64,000 nt of DNA from assembly GCA_034530615.2 (NCBI GenBank), contig JAVRCV020000025.1, positions 161,453 to 225,452 on the forward strand, read 5' to 3'. Within the stretch, counting starts at the first letter, position 1; each line of letters begins with the position of its first letter. The notes below the pieces were generated by a model, which had not been told where the DNA came from, searched no databases, and saw only the letters and a program-made list of their open reading frames with translations. Made by a program: the position numbers and the translations under genes. This document shows, piece after piece, positions 50,824-59,688 of the stretch. This DNA is from Aulosira sp. ZfuVER01. Its GTDB lineage: Bacteria > Cyanobacteriota > Cyanobacteriia > Cyanobacteriales > Nostocaceae.

Positions 50824-51951
50824 ATGGCTCAAACTGTAACGCAGAATCAGGGGGAGATGATGGCTTTGCAGCCGCTTGATGTTGAGCTGCGTAATGTGTT
50901 CAAGTTTTTTAACCAAGAACCGGCAGTCAATGGAGTAGATTTGGAAGTTAGACAAGGAGAATTTTTTAGTATCCTAGGTCCTTCTGGTTGTGGCAAGACA
51001 ACTATATTACGTTTGATTGCGGGGTTTGAACAAGCTGACGCTGGTAAGGTATTGATTCAAGGTCAATCTATGACTAATGTCCCTCCTTACCGCAGACCTG
51101 TCAATACGGTATTTCAAAGCTATGCACTGTTTAATCATTTGAATGTGTGGGATAACATTGCCTTTGGACTGCGATTAAAGAAATTTCGTAAACCAGAAAT
51201 CGATCGCCGAGTCAAAGAAGCTTTAAAGCTGGTGAAAATGGAAAGTTTGCGATCGCGCTTTCCTAATCAGCTTTCTGGGGGACAGCAGCAACGGGTAGCT
51301 TTAGCTAGGGCTTTAGTTAACCGTCCCTCCGTCCTCTTACTTGATGAACCCTTGGGAGCCTTAGATTTAAAGCTACGTAAGGAAATGCAAGTCGAGTTAA
51401 TCAATTTGCATAAAGAATTAGGCTTAACCTTTATCATGGTGACTCACGACCAAGAAGAAGCTTTATCCTTAAGCGATCGCATCGCTGTGATAAATCAAGG
51501 CAAAATTGAGCAAGTTGGTACTCCCAGCCAAATTTACGAATTTCCCCGTACTTCTTTTGTTGCTGATTTTATTGGTGATACTAATTTATTTAGTGGTGAA
51601 ATTGTTGCAGTAGAAGCCTCTACCGTCCAAATCCAAACCAAAACAGGACTAACAATTGTCGTTAACCGTAATGAAAATACACCTATTGAAGCAACCGAAC
51701 CAGTAGTAGTCAGCATCCGCCCAGAAAAAATTCAACTCTCGCTTTACCCGCCTAACTTGCCAAGTAACTGCTTTGAAGGAAGGCTTGTCAATATCATGTA
51801 TTTAGGAACTCATGTTAATTATGTTGTGGAATTGATCAACGGCATTAGCATTAATGTTTTGCAACCTAACACCATTGGTAGCTTACCAGACCCTAATACA
51901 CCTATATATGCTTGGTGGACAGAAAGTGATTGTTTGGCTATTAGTCAATAG
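50824..51951 (+). CDS. potA: Polyamine ABC transporter ATP-binding subunit
   Basis: [44 protein letters not shown]-like C-terminus. Confidence 0.93.
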   Translation: MAQTVTQNQGEMMALQPLDVELRNVFKFFNQEPAVNGVDLEVRQGEFFSILGPSGCGKTTILRLIAGFEQADAGKVLIQGQSMTNVPPYRRPVNTVFQSYALFNHLNVWDNIAFGLRLKKFRKPEIDRRVKEALKLVKMESLRSRFPNQLSGGQQQRVALARALVNRPSVLLLDEPLGALDLKLRKEMQVELINLHKELGLTFIMVTHDQEEALSLSDRIAVINQGKIEQVGTPSQIYEFPRTSFVADFIGDTNLFSGEIVAVEASTVQIQTKTGLTIVVNRNENTPIEATEPVVVSIRPEKIQLSLYPPNLPSNCFEGRLVNIMYLGTHVNYVVELINGISINVLQPNTIGSLPDPNTPIYAWWTESDCLAISQ

Positions 51952-51989
51952 GCTTTTGTCATTAGTCATTGGTCATTTGTCATTTGTGT
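51941..51989 (+). repeat. STRR-type heptamer array TT(T/A/G)GTCA, left arm
   Basis: TTAGTCA ATAGGCT TTTGTCA TTAGTCA TTGGTCA TTTGTCA TTTGTGT; begins inside the last potA codons. Confidence 0.9.
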
Positions 51990-52059
51990 TTAGCTAATGA
52001 CAAAAAATAAATATCAATCATAATTGCTGGAAAATATGTAAACTATTAGCAACTAATAA

Positions 52060-52455
52060 ATGGCGACTAAGCGTTTCCAGGAGTTACAAGTTTATCAATT
52101 ATCAGAACAATTAGCAGATGACATTTGGAAAATAGTTGCCGGATGGCATTTCTTTGCCAAGGATACAATTGGTAAACAGATTGTACGTTCCGCAGATAGC
52201 ATAGGAGCAAATATAGCAGAAGGCTTTGGCAGAGGTAGTTATCAAGAAAATAAACGTTTTATCAAGATAGCGCGAGGCTCATTAAATGAAACTCAACATT
52301 GGCTAAGACGAGCTTACACTCGTAATCTTTTAACTACTGAACAGATAAATTCAATACTAATAATCATTAATGAACTAGCACCAAAATTAAACTCATATCT
52401 CAACTCAATTGGTAATCTATCAAATGACAAATCACAAATGACTAATGACAAATGA
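52060..52455 (+). CDS. Four-helix-bundle protein (23S rRNA IVP / TIGR02436 / Avd-like family)
   Basis: FQELQVYQLS...QIVRSADSIGANIAEGFGR...FIKIARGSLNETQHWL. Confidence 0.92.
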   Translation: MATKRFQELQVYQLSEQLADDIWKIVAGWHFFAKDTIGKQIVRSADSIGANIAEGFGRGSYQENKRFIKIARGSLNETQHWLRRAYTRNLLTTEQINSILIIINELAPKLNSYLNSIGNLSNDKSQMTNDK

Positions 52456-52459
52456 CTAA
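52421..52459 (-). repeat. STRR-type heptamer array, right arm, inverted relative to the left arm
   Basis: Plus strand CAAA TGACAAA TCACAAA TGACTAA TGACAAA TGACTAA; contains the four-helix-bundle stop and the potD ATG. Confidence 0.9.
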
Positions 52460-53537
52460 CAGACGAAGATTTTTACAAGGAATAACAGCACTTTCTAGCT
52501 TATCTTTGGCTGGGTGTGGCTGGAGGCTGGCTGATGTCAGAGCTAATGCTAAAACTTCTGGTCAACGCGACCAACTATATATATATACTTGGACGCAATA
52601 TACTGACAATCAATTATTGAAAACTTTTAGTACTCAAACTGGGATGAAAGTCCTGGCGGATGTATATGATTCTAACGATGTTATGCTAGCTAAGTTGCAA
52701 GCTGGCGGTGGTAGTAATTACAGCATTATCTATCCATCTGACTATATGGTACAGAAGATGGTAGAGAAAGATTTATTAATTGAAATAAATCACGATCGCT
52801 TAATCGGGTTGGAGAATTTATTTCCCCGGTTTCAAAATCCTACCTATGACATCAAAAACCGCTACAGTATACCCTTTAATTGGGGCACAACAGGTATAGT
52901 TTATAATTCCGAAATTCTCAAAGCTGCGCCAGAAGATTGGGATTATCTCTGGCAAAATCAAGAGCAACTGAGAAAACGGATGACTTTGCTCAATGATGTC
53001 CGTGAGGTTATGGGTGCAGTGTTGCGAATGCTAGGCTACTCATATAATTCACAAGACGAAACTCAAATTAAGCAAGCTTACGAAAAGTTGAGAGAACTCA
53101 AACCTGGAATTACTGCTTTTGACACCGAAGCTTGGCAAAATCAAATTTTGGCAGGAGATTTAGTGTTAGCAATGTGTTATTCAGCAGATGCAATCCGAGT
53201 CACTAAAGAAAACCCTAAATTGAAGTATGTAATCCCTCGGAGTGGTTCTTCATTGTGGACTGATACAATTGTAATTCCTAAAACCGCTGTAAACATCGAT
53301 GGCAGCTATGCTTGGATTAACTTTGTTTTACAGCCAGAAGTAGCTGCCCAAATTAGCCAACGTCTTAATATTGCTACTCCCAATCTTTCTGGATTTGAGC
53401 AATTGCCTATCAGCTTACAGCAAAATACTAGTTTGTTTCCTCCAGATTCAATTCTAGAAAAATGTGAACGTATTAGTCCTTTAGGAAAATTTGATGAGGT
53501 TTATGACCGCTATTGGACACAATTAACTAGCAGTTAA
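52452..53537 (+). CDS. potD: Spermidine/putrescine ABC transporter substrate-binding lipoprotein
   Basis: RRRFL...LAGC signal, YTW..Y, YDSNDVMLAKL, PSDY, WGTTGIVYN, WTDTIVIP. Confidence 0.92.
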   Translation: MTNRRRFLQGITALSSLSLAGCGWRLADVRANAKTSGQRDQLYIYTWTQYTDNQLLKTFSTQTGMKVLADVYDSNDVMLAKLQAGGGSNYSIIYPSDYMVQKMVEKDLLIEINHDRLIGLENLFPRFQNPTYDIKNRYSIPFNWGTTGIVYNSEILKAAPEDWDYLWQNQEQLRKRMTLLNDVREVMGAVLRMLGYSYNSQDETQIKQAYEKLRELKPGITAFDTEAWQNQILAGDLVLAMCYSADAIRVTKENPKLKYVIPRSGSSLWTDTIVIPKTAVNIDGSYAWINFVLQPEVAAQISQRLNIATPNLSGFEQLPISLQQNTSLFPPDSILEKCERISPLGKFDEVYDRYWTQLTSS

Positions 53538-53577
53538 AAATTAAAATATTTTAAAATTAATATTGTAATTTAAAATT

Positions 53578-54495
53578 ATGTCTAATCAAACTTCTGACAA
53601 TCAAATACATTCAGGAAGTGATGTTGCAAAGTTACAAAAATTGCAACATTCAAATTTCAGTTGGCTCCAGCCTTTAATATTACTGGCACCCTCTGGTATT
53701 TGGTTGGTACTGTTATTGGTACTACCAACATTGATAATTTTTGAGTTGAGTTTAGTACCAAATATTCGACCCGGAGATTTAGTCAATCCTAGTGGATTTC
53801 AAAATTATCTGCGGATATTTGATCCGCTTTATGTTCAAGTAATACTGCGTTCGCTGGGTCTGGCAAGTACTACCACAATAATTTGTTTAATTTTCAGCTT
53901 CCCTGTTGCCTACTGGATTGCTCTAATAGCACCAAAACGTTGGCGAAATTTATTATTATTAGCCTTTATTTTACCTTTGTGGACTTCTTCATTACTTCGC
54001 TCCTATGCTTGGATTACCATTCTGCGTCCTACTGGTTTATTAAATACTGTATTAAAAAGTTTACATTTACAACCTTTAGAGTTACTAAATCGGACACCAT
54101 CTGTATTGATTGCTATGAGTTATAGCTTACTTCCTTACATGGTTTTAATTTTATATGCTTCTCTAGAAAAGTTAGATACACGTTTATTAGAAGCAGCCGC
54201 CGATTTAGGAGCAAATCCTAGACAAGCTTTTTGGAAAGTTACAGTACCGCAAATCTTGCCAGGATTAACTGCTGGTTCAATGCTGGTATTCATTACAGGG
54301 TTAGGAGACTTTGTTAATCCAGAATTACTCGGTGGTGCTTCTAGTATGACAGCAGCACGGTTAGTTTATAACCAGTTTCTTGGTGCTACTCAAAATTGGG
54401 GGTTTGGTTCAGCTTTGAGTATGACATTAATTTTACTTGTCAGTATTGCGATCGCGCTGGTAATTAAGTTTGGTGAGGCTACACCGAGGCGTTGA
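53578..54495 (+). CDS. potB: Polyamine ABC transporter permease
   Basis: LPLWTSSLLRSYAW, LLEAAADLGA (EAA loop), PELLGG, NWGFGSALS. Confidence 0.92.
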   Translation: MSNQTSDNQIHSGSDVAKLQKLQHSNFSWLQPLILLAPSGIWLVLLLVLPTLIIFELSLVPNIRPGDLVNPSGFQNYLRIFDPLYVQVILRSLGLASTTTIICLIFSFPVAYWIALIAPKRWRNLLLLAFILPLWTSSLLRSYAWITILRPTGLLNTVLKSLHLQPLELLNRTPSVLIAMSYSLLPYMVLILYASLEKLDTRLLEAAADLGANPRQAFWKVTVPQILPGLTAGSMLVFITGLGDFVNPELLGGASSMTAARLVYNQFLGATQNWGFGSALSMTLILLVSIAIALVIKFGEATPRR

Positions 54496-54588
54496 TTTAA
54501 CTTGGACATGGGATATTGGCCATGATAGGAAGCAGGAACTTTAATTAATTTGTCAAATTCTTATGACTTAAGTATTTCATTGAGTTAT

Positions 54589-55080
54589 ATGCGCTTACCT
54601 ATCTTTATTAGTGCAGGATTATTGCTGACTCTTAGTTTAAATGCACCAGTTTTATCTCAAACTCCCATCCCAGCAGCACAAACAAGAACTATTGCTAATT
54701 CACAGTTGAAGCAATTAAATGTGAATCGTCAGTTGTGGAAAAAGCAAAATATCCGTAACTATCGGTATAAATTTAGCCGGAGTTGCTTCTGCGCACCCAA
54801 AGCTAGCGGCCCCATCATCGTTAAAGTACGTAAAGGACAAAGGACTTCTATTACTGATGCGGTGGGTAAATCTGTGGATCGAGAATTATTCCAACAATAT
54901 GATACGATTCCCAAGCTTTTCAATATAATTCAGGATGCGATCGCCAAGAAAGCATCTAACCTGACTGTAGAGTACCATCCCAAACTCGGCTATCCAACCA
55001 AAATTAACATCGATTACAACAGTCAGATAGCTGATGAGGAAATATATCTCACAATTGAGGACTTACAGAAGATTAAATAA
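54589..55080 (+). CDS. Secreted DUF6174-like protein
   Basis: Signal peptide; W...NIRNYRY...SCFC, TIPKLF, YHPKLGYPT.I.ID...IADEE. Confidence 0.7.
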   Translation: MRLPIFISAGLLLTLSLNAPVLSQTPIPAAQTRTIANSQLKQLNVNRQLWKKQNIRNYRYKFSRSCFCAPKASGPIIVKVRKGQRTSITDAVGKSVDRELFQQYDTIPKLFNIIQDAIAKKASNLTVEYHPKLGYPTKINIDYNSQIADEEIYLTIEDLQKIK

Positions 55081-55315
55081 TCCCAATTTGAACAGGCTTT
55101 GTTGATGGCTCTGAATGGCAGGATTTCGGGGACTTATTACACAAATATAGTTAATAATCCTCAGTATTTACCACATATATAATTTCTGATTTAAACTTCT
55201 TTAAATGGTTATGGCATAAAAAGCTATGACCATTTTTATTTTTTATCTTGCTCAAAAGATAAATATTTATTTAGTAACAGGGAATACTAAGCATAGTTAA
55301 GGTTTTGTCGTTGCT

Positions 55316-57613
55316 ATGCAATACCTGCTTTACCCGATCGCTATCTACGCTTTCCTACTTTTTATCCGCTATTTCATTACCTTTTTACAACTTTGTAAGT
55401 CTCAATTTCAATATCCCAAATACCAAGTTACACAAGCTGATACTGTTCCTAGCTACCTGAGAGATTTGTTGGAAACCCCAATTAGAGAACTAGAAGAATT
55501 AGGCTTTCAACCATTTAGCTATTTGCAATATCAACCAATGGTAAAAGTCTATCAACCAACAAGTTGGGAAATTCTCTTATATAACAAGGCGTTTAAAAGT
55601 TATGCCACAGTAGTTGTGCGTCGTTTAGTCGAGCCTGTCAATTTATTTGATATAGAGTTTTATACCTTCTTTAAAGAACAAACATTGTTACTGACTATTA
55701 ACGGTAAAGAATTTGCTCTAATTGGTGAAATTCCCAACACAATTATTCAAGATGTTTATACAGATCAAATATCAATGCAATGGCAGACTCATCAAGATAA
55801 GCTTAATCAATTAACTGCTAGCAAAACCCCCCTTGGTTTGCTACCGGAGGCTTTTGCTAAGGCACTACAGATATATATAAGTAACTATGTAAATTATCTA
55901 GCAAAAGCAGGGCATATATTGCCAATTAAAGGAACAGAGTTATTTCAGCTACATTGGCTAACAGCACTGAAAACAGTCAACCCAATTATCCAAGGTAGTA
56001 ATAAAGCGGCAAATATCATTAAGCAACGCAAACAAAAAGCCAAAACTGATTCCAGCATGTCTAAAGAAATCCCGATAGAACTGGAAGTTGAAGGCTTTCA
56101 ACAAATGCAATATTTGCAACAAGGTTTAGTAGGAAAAAAGTTTCGCACCTGGCTATTGTTAGGAAGTTTAGCACTGTTTGTTGCTAGCTATACTCACTAC
56201 CTCAATGCCAAAAGCATTGGAATTTTTATCAGTGTACTCCTGTTTCATGAAGGTGGACACTTATTAGCGATGAAACTGTTTGGTTATCGTGATACTTCTG
56301 TTTTATTCATACCCTTTTTGGGTGCTTTAGCAACCGCCCGCAAAGACGACGCTACACTTACGCAAAAGTTTTGGATATCCCTAGCAGGCCCATTACCAGG
56401 CTTGATTTTGGGGATTGGGTTAGCAATCTTCGCACCTGTTAATAGTGGCTTTCCTGGTTGGGTAAAGGAAGCAAGTTGGACGCTAATTTTTCTGAATTTA
56501 TTCAATTTGTTGCCTGTATATCCCTTAGATGGCGGACAAATTGCCGATTTACTGCTGTTTTCTCGCTTTCCTTATATTGGGGTTTTATTCAAAGTAATTG
56601 GCGTTATTCTTTTGGGACTGATCGGCAAAGATCGACCAGAAATGTTGTTATTTGTGTTTTTGATAGCTTTAAGCATCCCACACAGCTTTCGCAGTGCCAA
56701 AGTTAATGCCAAATTACAGAAAGAACTACGGCAAAACCCACCCACAAATCAAGATAATCTTCTACACTCTATATTCAAATATTTGCAGCGATTCGGCTAT
56801 GGAAACTTACCTTTCAATGCCAAATACACTTTAGTAAAAGAGTTAATTCAAAAGCACTACGAATTGAGTGGTAAATGGACAACTAGAGCGTTTCTCGTTG
56901 TTGTTTACTGTGTGAGTTTGTTAGGCGGAATTGCTGGTAGTGTCCAAGCAATTATTCCTAATTGGGTCAGCGTTTTACCTTATTACTTTGAAAATCCGCA
57001 CCAAAGACGCGAACGTTTGATCAAAAATAGAGAACAAGCAGTTGAAGAAGCGACTGCTGCTATACGTTCTAATCCCGATGATGTTAATGCTTATATCAAG
57101 CGATCGCGGGCTTATATTACGTTACGCGATTATCAAGGAGCGCTAGCAGATTATGACCAAGTTGTACGCTTACAACCTAATGATATTGAATCTCGCTTGA
57201 CTCGTGCCAGTTTTCGTCGCAGGTTAAAAAATTATCAAGGCGCTATTCAAGATTACAATCAGGTCTTAAGCCTTCAGCCTAAAAATGTCAATGTCTACCA
57301 GCTAAGAGCAAAAATGCGTGATGAAATGCAAGACTACAAGGGTGCGATCGCAGACTACAACGAAATAATTAAATTGAATGCTCAAGATACATGGGCTTAC
57401 ATCTCTCGTGGATATGTGCGTCAAAAGCTCCAAGATTACAAAGGCGCGATCGCTGATGCTAACTATGTAATCAAGCTAAATCCGAAAAACCCTCAGGCTT
57501 ATGTTTTGCGCAGTCAAGTCCGTCATCATATAGGAGATACTCAAGGAGCGATCGCAGATAAACAAACAGCAAATAATCTTTATAAAACTATGTATGAGGA
57601 AGATCCAACCTGA
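55316..57613 (+). CDS. M50 (site-2) membrane metalloprotease with C-terminal TPRs
   Basis: HEGGH, LAGP, NLLPVYPLDGG; repeated DYQGAIADY TPR units. Confidence 0.88.
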   Translation: MQYLLYPIAIYAFLLFIRYFITFLQLCKSQFQYPKYQVTQADTVPSYLRDLLETPIRELEELGFQPFSYLQYQPMVKVYQPTSWEILLYNKAFKSYATVVVRRLVEPVNLFDIEFYTFFKEQTLLLTINGKEFALIGEIPNTIIQDVYTDQISMQWQTHQDKLNQLTASKTPLGLLPEAFAKALQIYISNYVNYLAKAGHILPIKGTELFQLHWLTALKTVNPIIQGSNKAANIIKQRKQKAKTDSSMSKEIPIELEVEGFQQMQYLQQGLVGKKFRTWLLLGSLALFVASYTHYLNAKSIGIFISVLLFHEGGHLLAMKLFGYRDTSVLFIPFLGALATARKDDATLTQKFWISLAGPLPGLILGIGLAIFAPVNSGFPGWVKEASWTLIFLNLFNLLPVYPLDGGQIADLLLFSRFPYIGVLFKVIGVILLGLIGKDRPEMLLFVFLIALSIPHSFRSAKVNAKLQKELRQNPPTNQDNLLHSIFKYLQRFGYGNLPFNAKYTLVKELIQKHYELSGKWTTRAFLVVVYCVSLLGGIAGSVQAIIPNWVSVLPYYFENPHQRRERLIKNREQAVEEATAAIRSNPDDVNAYIKRSRAYITLRDYQGALADYDQVVRLQPNDIESRLTRASFRRRLKNYQGAIQDYNQVLSLQPKNVNVYQLRAKMRDEMQDYKGAIADYNEIIKLNAQDTWAYISRGYVRQKLQDYKGAIADANYVIKLNPKNPQAYVLRSQVRHHIGDTQGAIADKQTANNLYKTMYEEDPT

Positions 57614-57780
57614 TATAGACTGCGATCGCTAGTTTATGACATTAATTTCGCAAAGCTTTTCTAATTATTTCTGTATCTAATGCTAATAATTCTGGTATTT
57701 CCTCGCGGCTTAAATTAGGAAACTTGTAGACTACGATTGTCTCTATAAATTCTAGAACTTTTCTTTGATAGATGAGGCTC

Positions 57781-57798
57781 GTAGTTGCGCTTTAGCGC
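57781..57798 (+). repeat. REP (GTAG + palindrome) upstream of the RAYT
   Basis: GTAGTTGCGCTTTAGCGC. Confidence 0.85.
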
Positions 57799-57819
57799 TA
57801 AAACATCCAACAAAGATTT

Positions 57820-58413
57820 ATGTACAAATACCGACAACTTACCTAAGAACAAAAAATAGTTCTTGTCCAAGAAAGATTAGCTAAAGGTTATCCCCCTCAT
57901 TCACCGCCACATCCCATAGAAAACAGTACATTTTATTTGATTACTGCAACTTGTTACGAACATAAATATCGAATAACGAGCAAAGAACGTCGTCAGCAAT
58001 TATTAAATCAATTATTTGAACAATTCACATATCAAGACATAGAAATACTTGCCTGGATAGTACTAACAAATCACTATCATTTATTGCTCAAAAATGTATA
58101 CTTCAAAATTTTAAGTAAAATTTTGCGTTCAATTCATGGTTCAATTGCCAGACAATGGAACCTGGAAGATAACCTAACTGGTAAACTTTGGTGTTCCTTT
58201 AGTGACAGAGCAATTCGTTCGGAGCGACATTACTATACAACTTTGAATTATATTCATTACAATCCTGTTAAACATAATTGTGCAAAATCTCCCTATGATT
58301 GGACTGAATCTAGTGTTCATTGGTATTTAGAAAATTATGGGAGAGATTGGTTACGCAGTTGTTGGATTGAATATCCTCTAAGAGATTATGGTAAAGGATG
58401 GGATGATTTATAG
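57820..58413 (+). pseudogene. REP-associated tyrosine (Y1 HUH) transposase with an in-frame TAA at codon 9; may still be expressed from TTG 57937
   Basis: ATG 57820 MYKYRQLT*EQK...PPHSPPH...YLITATCY; NHYHLL (HUH), W..FSDRAIR, NYIHYNPVKH, W..SS. Confidence 0.8.
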
Positions 58414-58443
58414 TAATCCATCTCCTCGTTCCTAATTAGGCTT

Positions 58444-58669
58444 GTAGTAGCGCTTTAGCGCCTTCACAATCCATTGCTTAATTATTCCACCTCAGATTGA
58501 ATTTCAATAAATCTTTTGTCCACAACTTGTAGTTAAAATCAACCGCTAAAGCGCGATCGCAATTTTGGGAAAGTCTCAGACACTAGTTTTGTTGTCAGTA
58601 GTGTCAAAACTCAGATTGAAATAGGCTGACGTATAGTTTTGGGATGAAGCGGCGCTAAAGCGCAACTAC
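58444..58669. repeat. REP copies downstream of the RAYT (inverted pair plus one degenerate copy)
   Basis: GTAGTAGCGCTTTAGCGC at 58444-58461 (+); CGCTAAAGCGC at 58544-58554; GCGCTAAAGCGCAACTAC at 58652-58669, the exact reverse complement of 57781-57798. Confidence 0.85.
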
Positions 58670-58764
58670 GAACCAAATTGTTCGAGACGTAATTTCAGAC
58701 TTCAGCCCCAAAATGTTGTAAGAATGTCATCATAGTTAAGGTAAAACATTCTGGAGATAAGGCC

Positions 58765-59361
58765 ACGGTTTACGCACGTCCTTTAGCACGGTTAATTGAG
58801 CAATTGCAACGCCTCCCGGGAGTTGGGCCGAAGTCAGCCCAGCGATTGGCTTTGCATATTTTGAAGCGACCAGAAACGGAAGTAGAGGCTTTGGCACAAG
58901 CTCTGATTGATGCTAAAAAACAGGTGGGCTTGTGTTCTGTCTGCTTTCATTTATCTGCGGAACCAGTTTGTGAAATCTGCCGCAATCCTAGCCGTGATGC
59001 CAATACTATCTGTGTGGTGGCAGATTCGCGTGATGTGATTGCACTGGAAAAAACCCGCGAGTTCAAAGGTAAGTATCACGTTTTGGGTGGGGTGATTTCA
59101 CCAATGGATGGTATTGGCCCAGAACAGTTGACTGTCCAAGCTTTAGTGCGGCGGGTGAGTCAACAAAAACCCCAGGAAGTGATTTTGGCAATTAGTCCCA
59201 GTGTCGAAGGGGAAACCACGACATTATATATTGGTCAGCTATTAAAACCATTTACCAAGGTGACGCGGATTGCTTTTGGTTTACCTGTGGGTGGAGATTT
59301 GGAGTACGCTGATGAGGTGACTTTGGCAAGGGCTTTGGAAGGGCGGCGAGAGTTGGATTAG
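58765..59361 (+). CDS. recR: Recombination mediator RecR (track start 58804; conserved N-terminus extends upstream)
   Basis: [14 protein letters not shown]4 zinc finger CSVC..CEIC, YHVLGG, Toprim [17 protein letters not shown]. Confidence 0.95.
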   Translation, partial: TVYARPLARLIEQLQRLPGVGPKSAQRLALHILKRPETEVEALAQALIDAKKQVGLCSVCFHLSAEPVCEICRNPSRDANTICVVADSRDVIALEKTREFKGKYHVLGGVISPMDGIGPEQLTVQALVRRVSQQKPQEVILAISPSVEGETTTLYIGQLLKPFTKVTRIAFGLPVGGDLEYADEVTLARALEGRRELD

Positions 59362-59446
59362 GGGAAGGCGGCAGGAGGGATGAGGGAAGGGACAAGGAGG
59401 ACAAGGGGGATTGAGGTTTGATCGCACTCCTGTGCATTTTCACCCC

Positions 59447-59667
59447 ATGCAATGCGATCGCAGGGCGATGCATTAATATAACGAGGTGATGCAATGCGAT
59501 CGCAGGTCGATGCGTTAATATAACGAGGCGATGCAATGCGATCGCAGGTCGATGCATTAATATAACGAGGCAATGCAATTCGATTGCAGGGCGATGCATT
59601 AATATAACAAGCCGACGTTATGGCATAACGGGGCGATGCATTAATATAACAAGGCAATGCGATCGCA
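59447..59667 (+). repeat. 42-bp tandem repeat array (2 x 21 bp, HIP1-containing), about 5 units
   Basis: Unit ATGCAATGCGATCGCAGGGCG-ATGCATTAATATAACGAGGCG starting at 59447, 59489, 59531, 59573, 59615. Confidence 0.92.
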
Positions 59668-59688
59668 TACAATGTTCCCGCGTCTTCC

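Noticed and set aside
52060..52455. Diversity-generating retroelement or rRNA intervening sequence
   Set aside because: No reverse transcriptase, TR/VR pair or rRNA gene is visible in the window.
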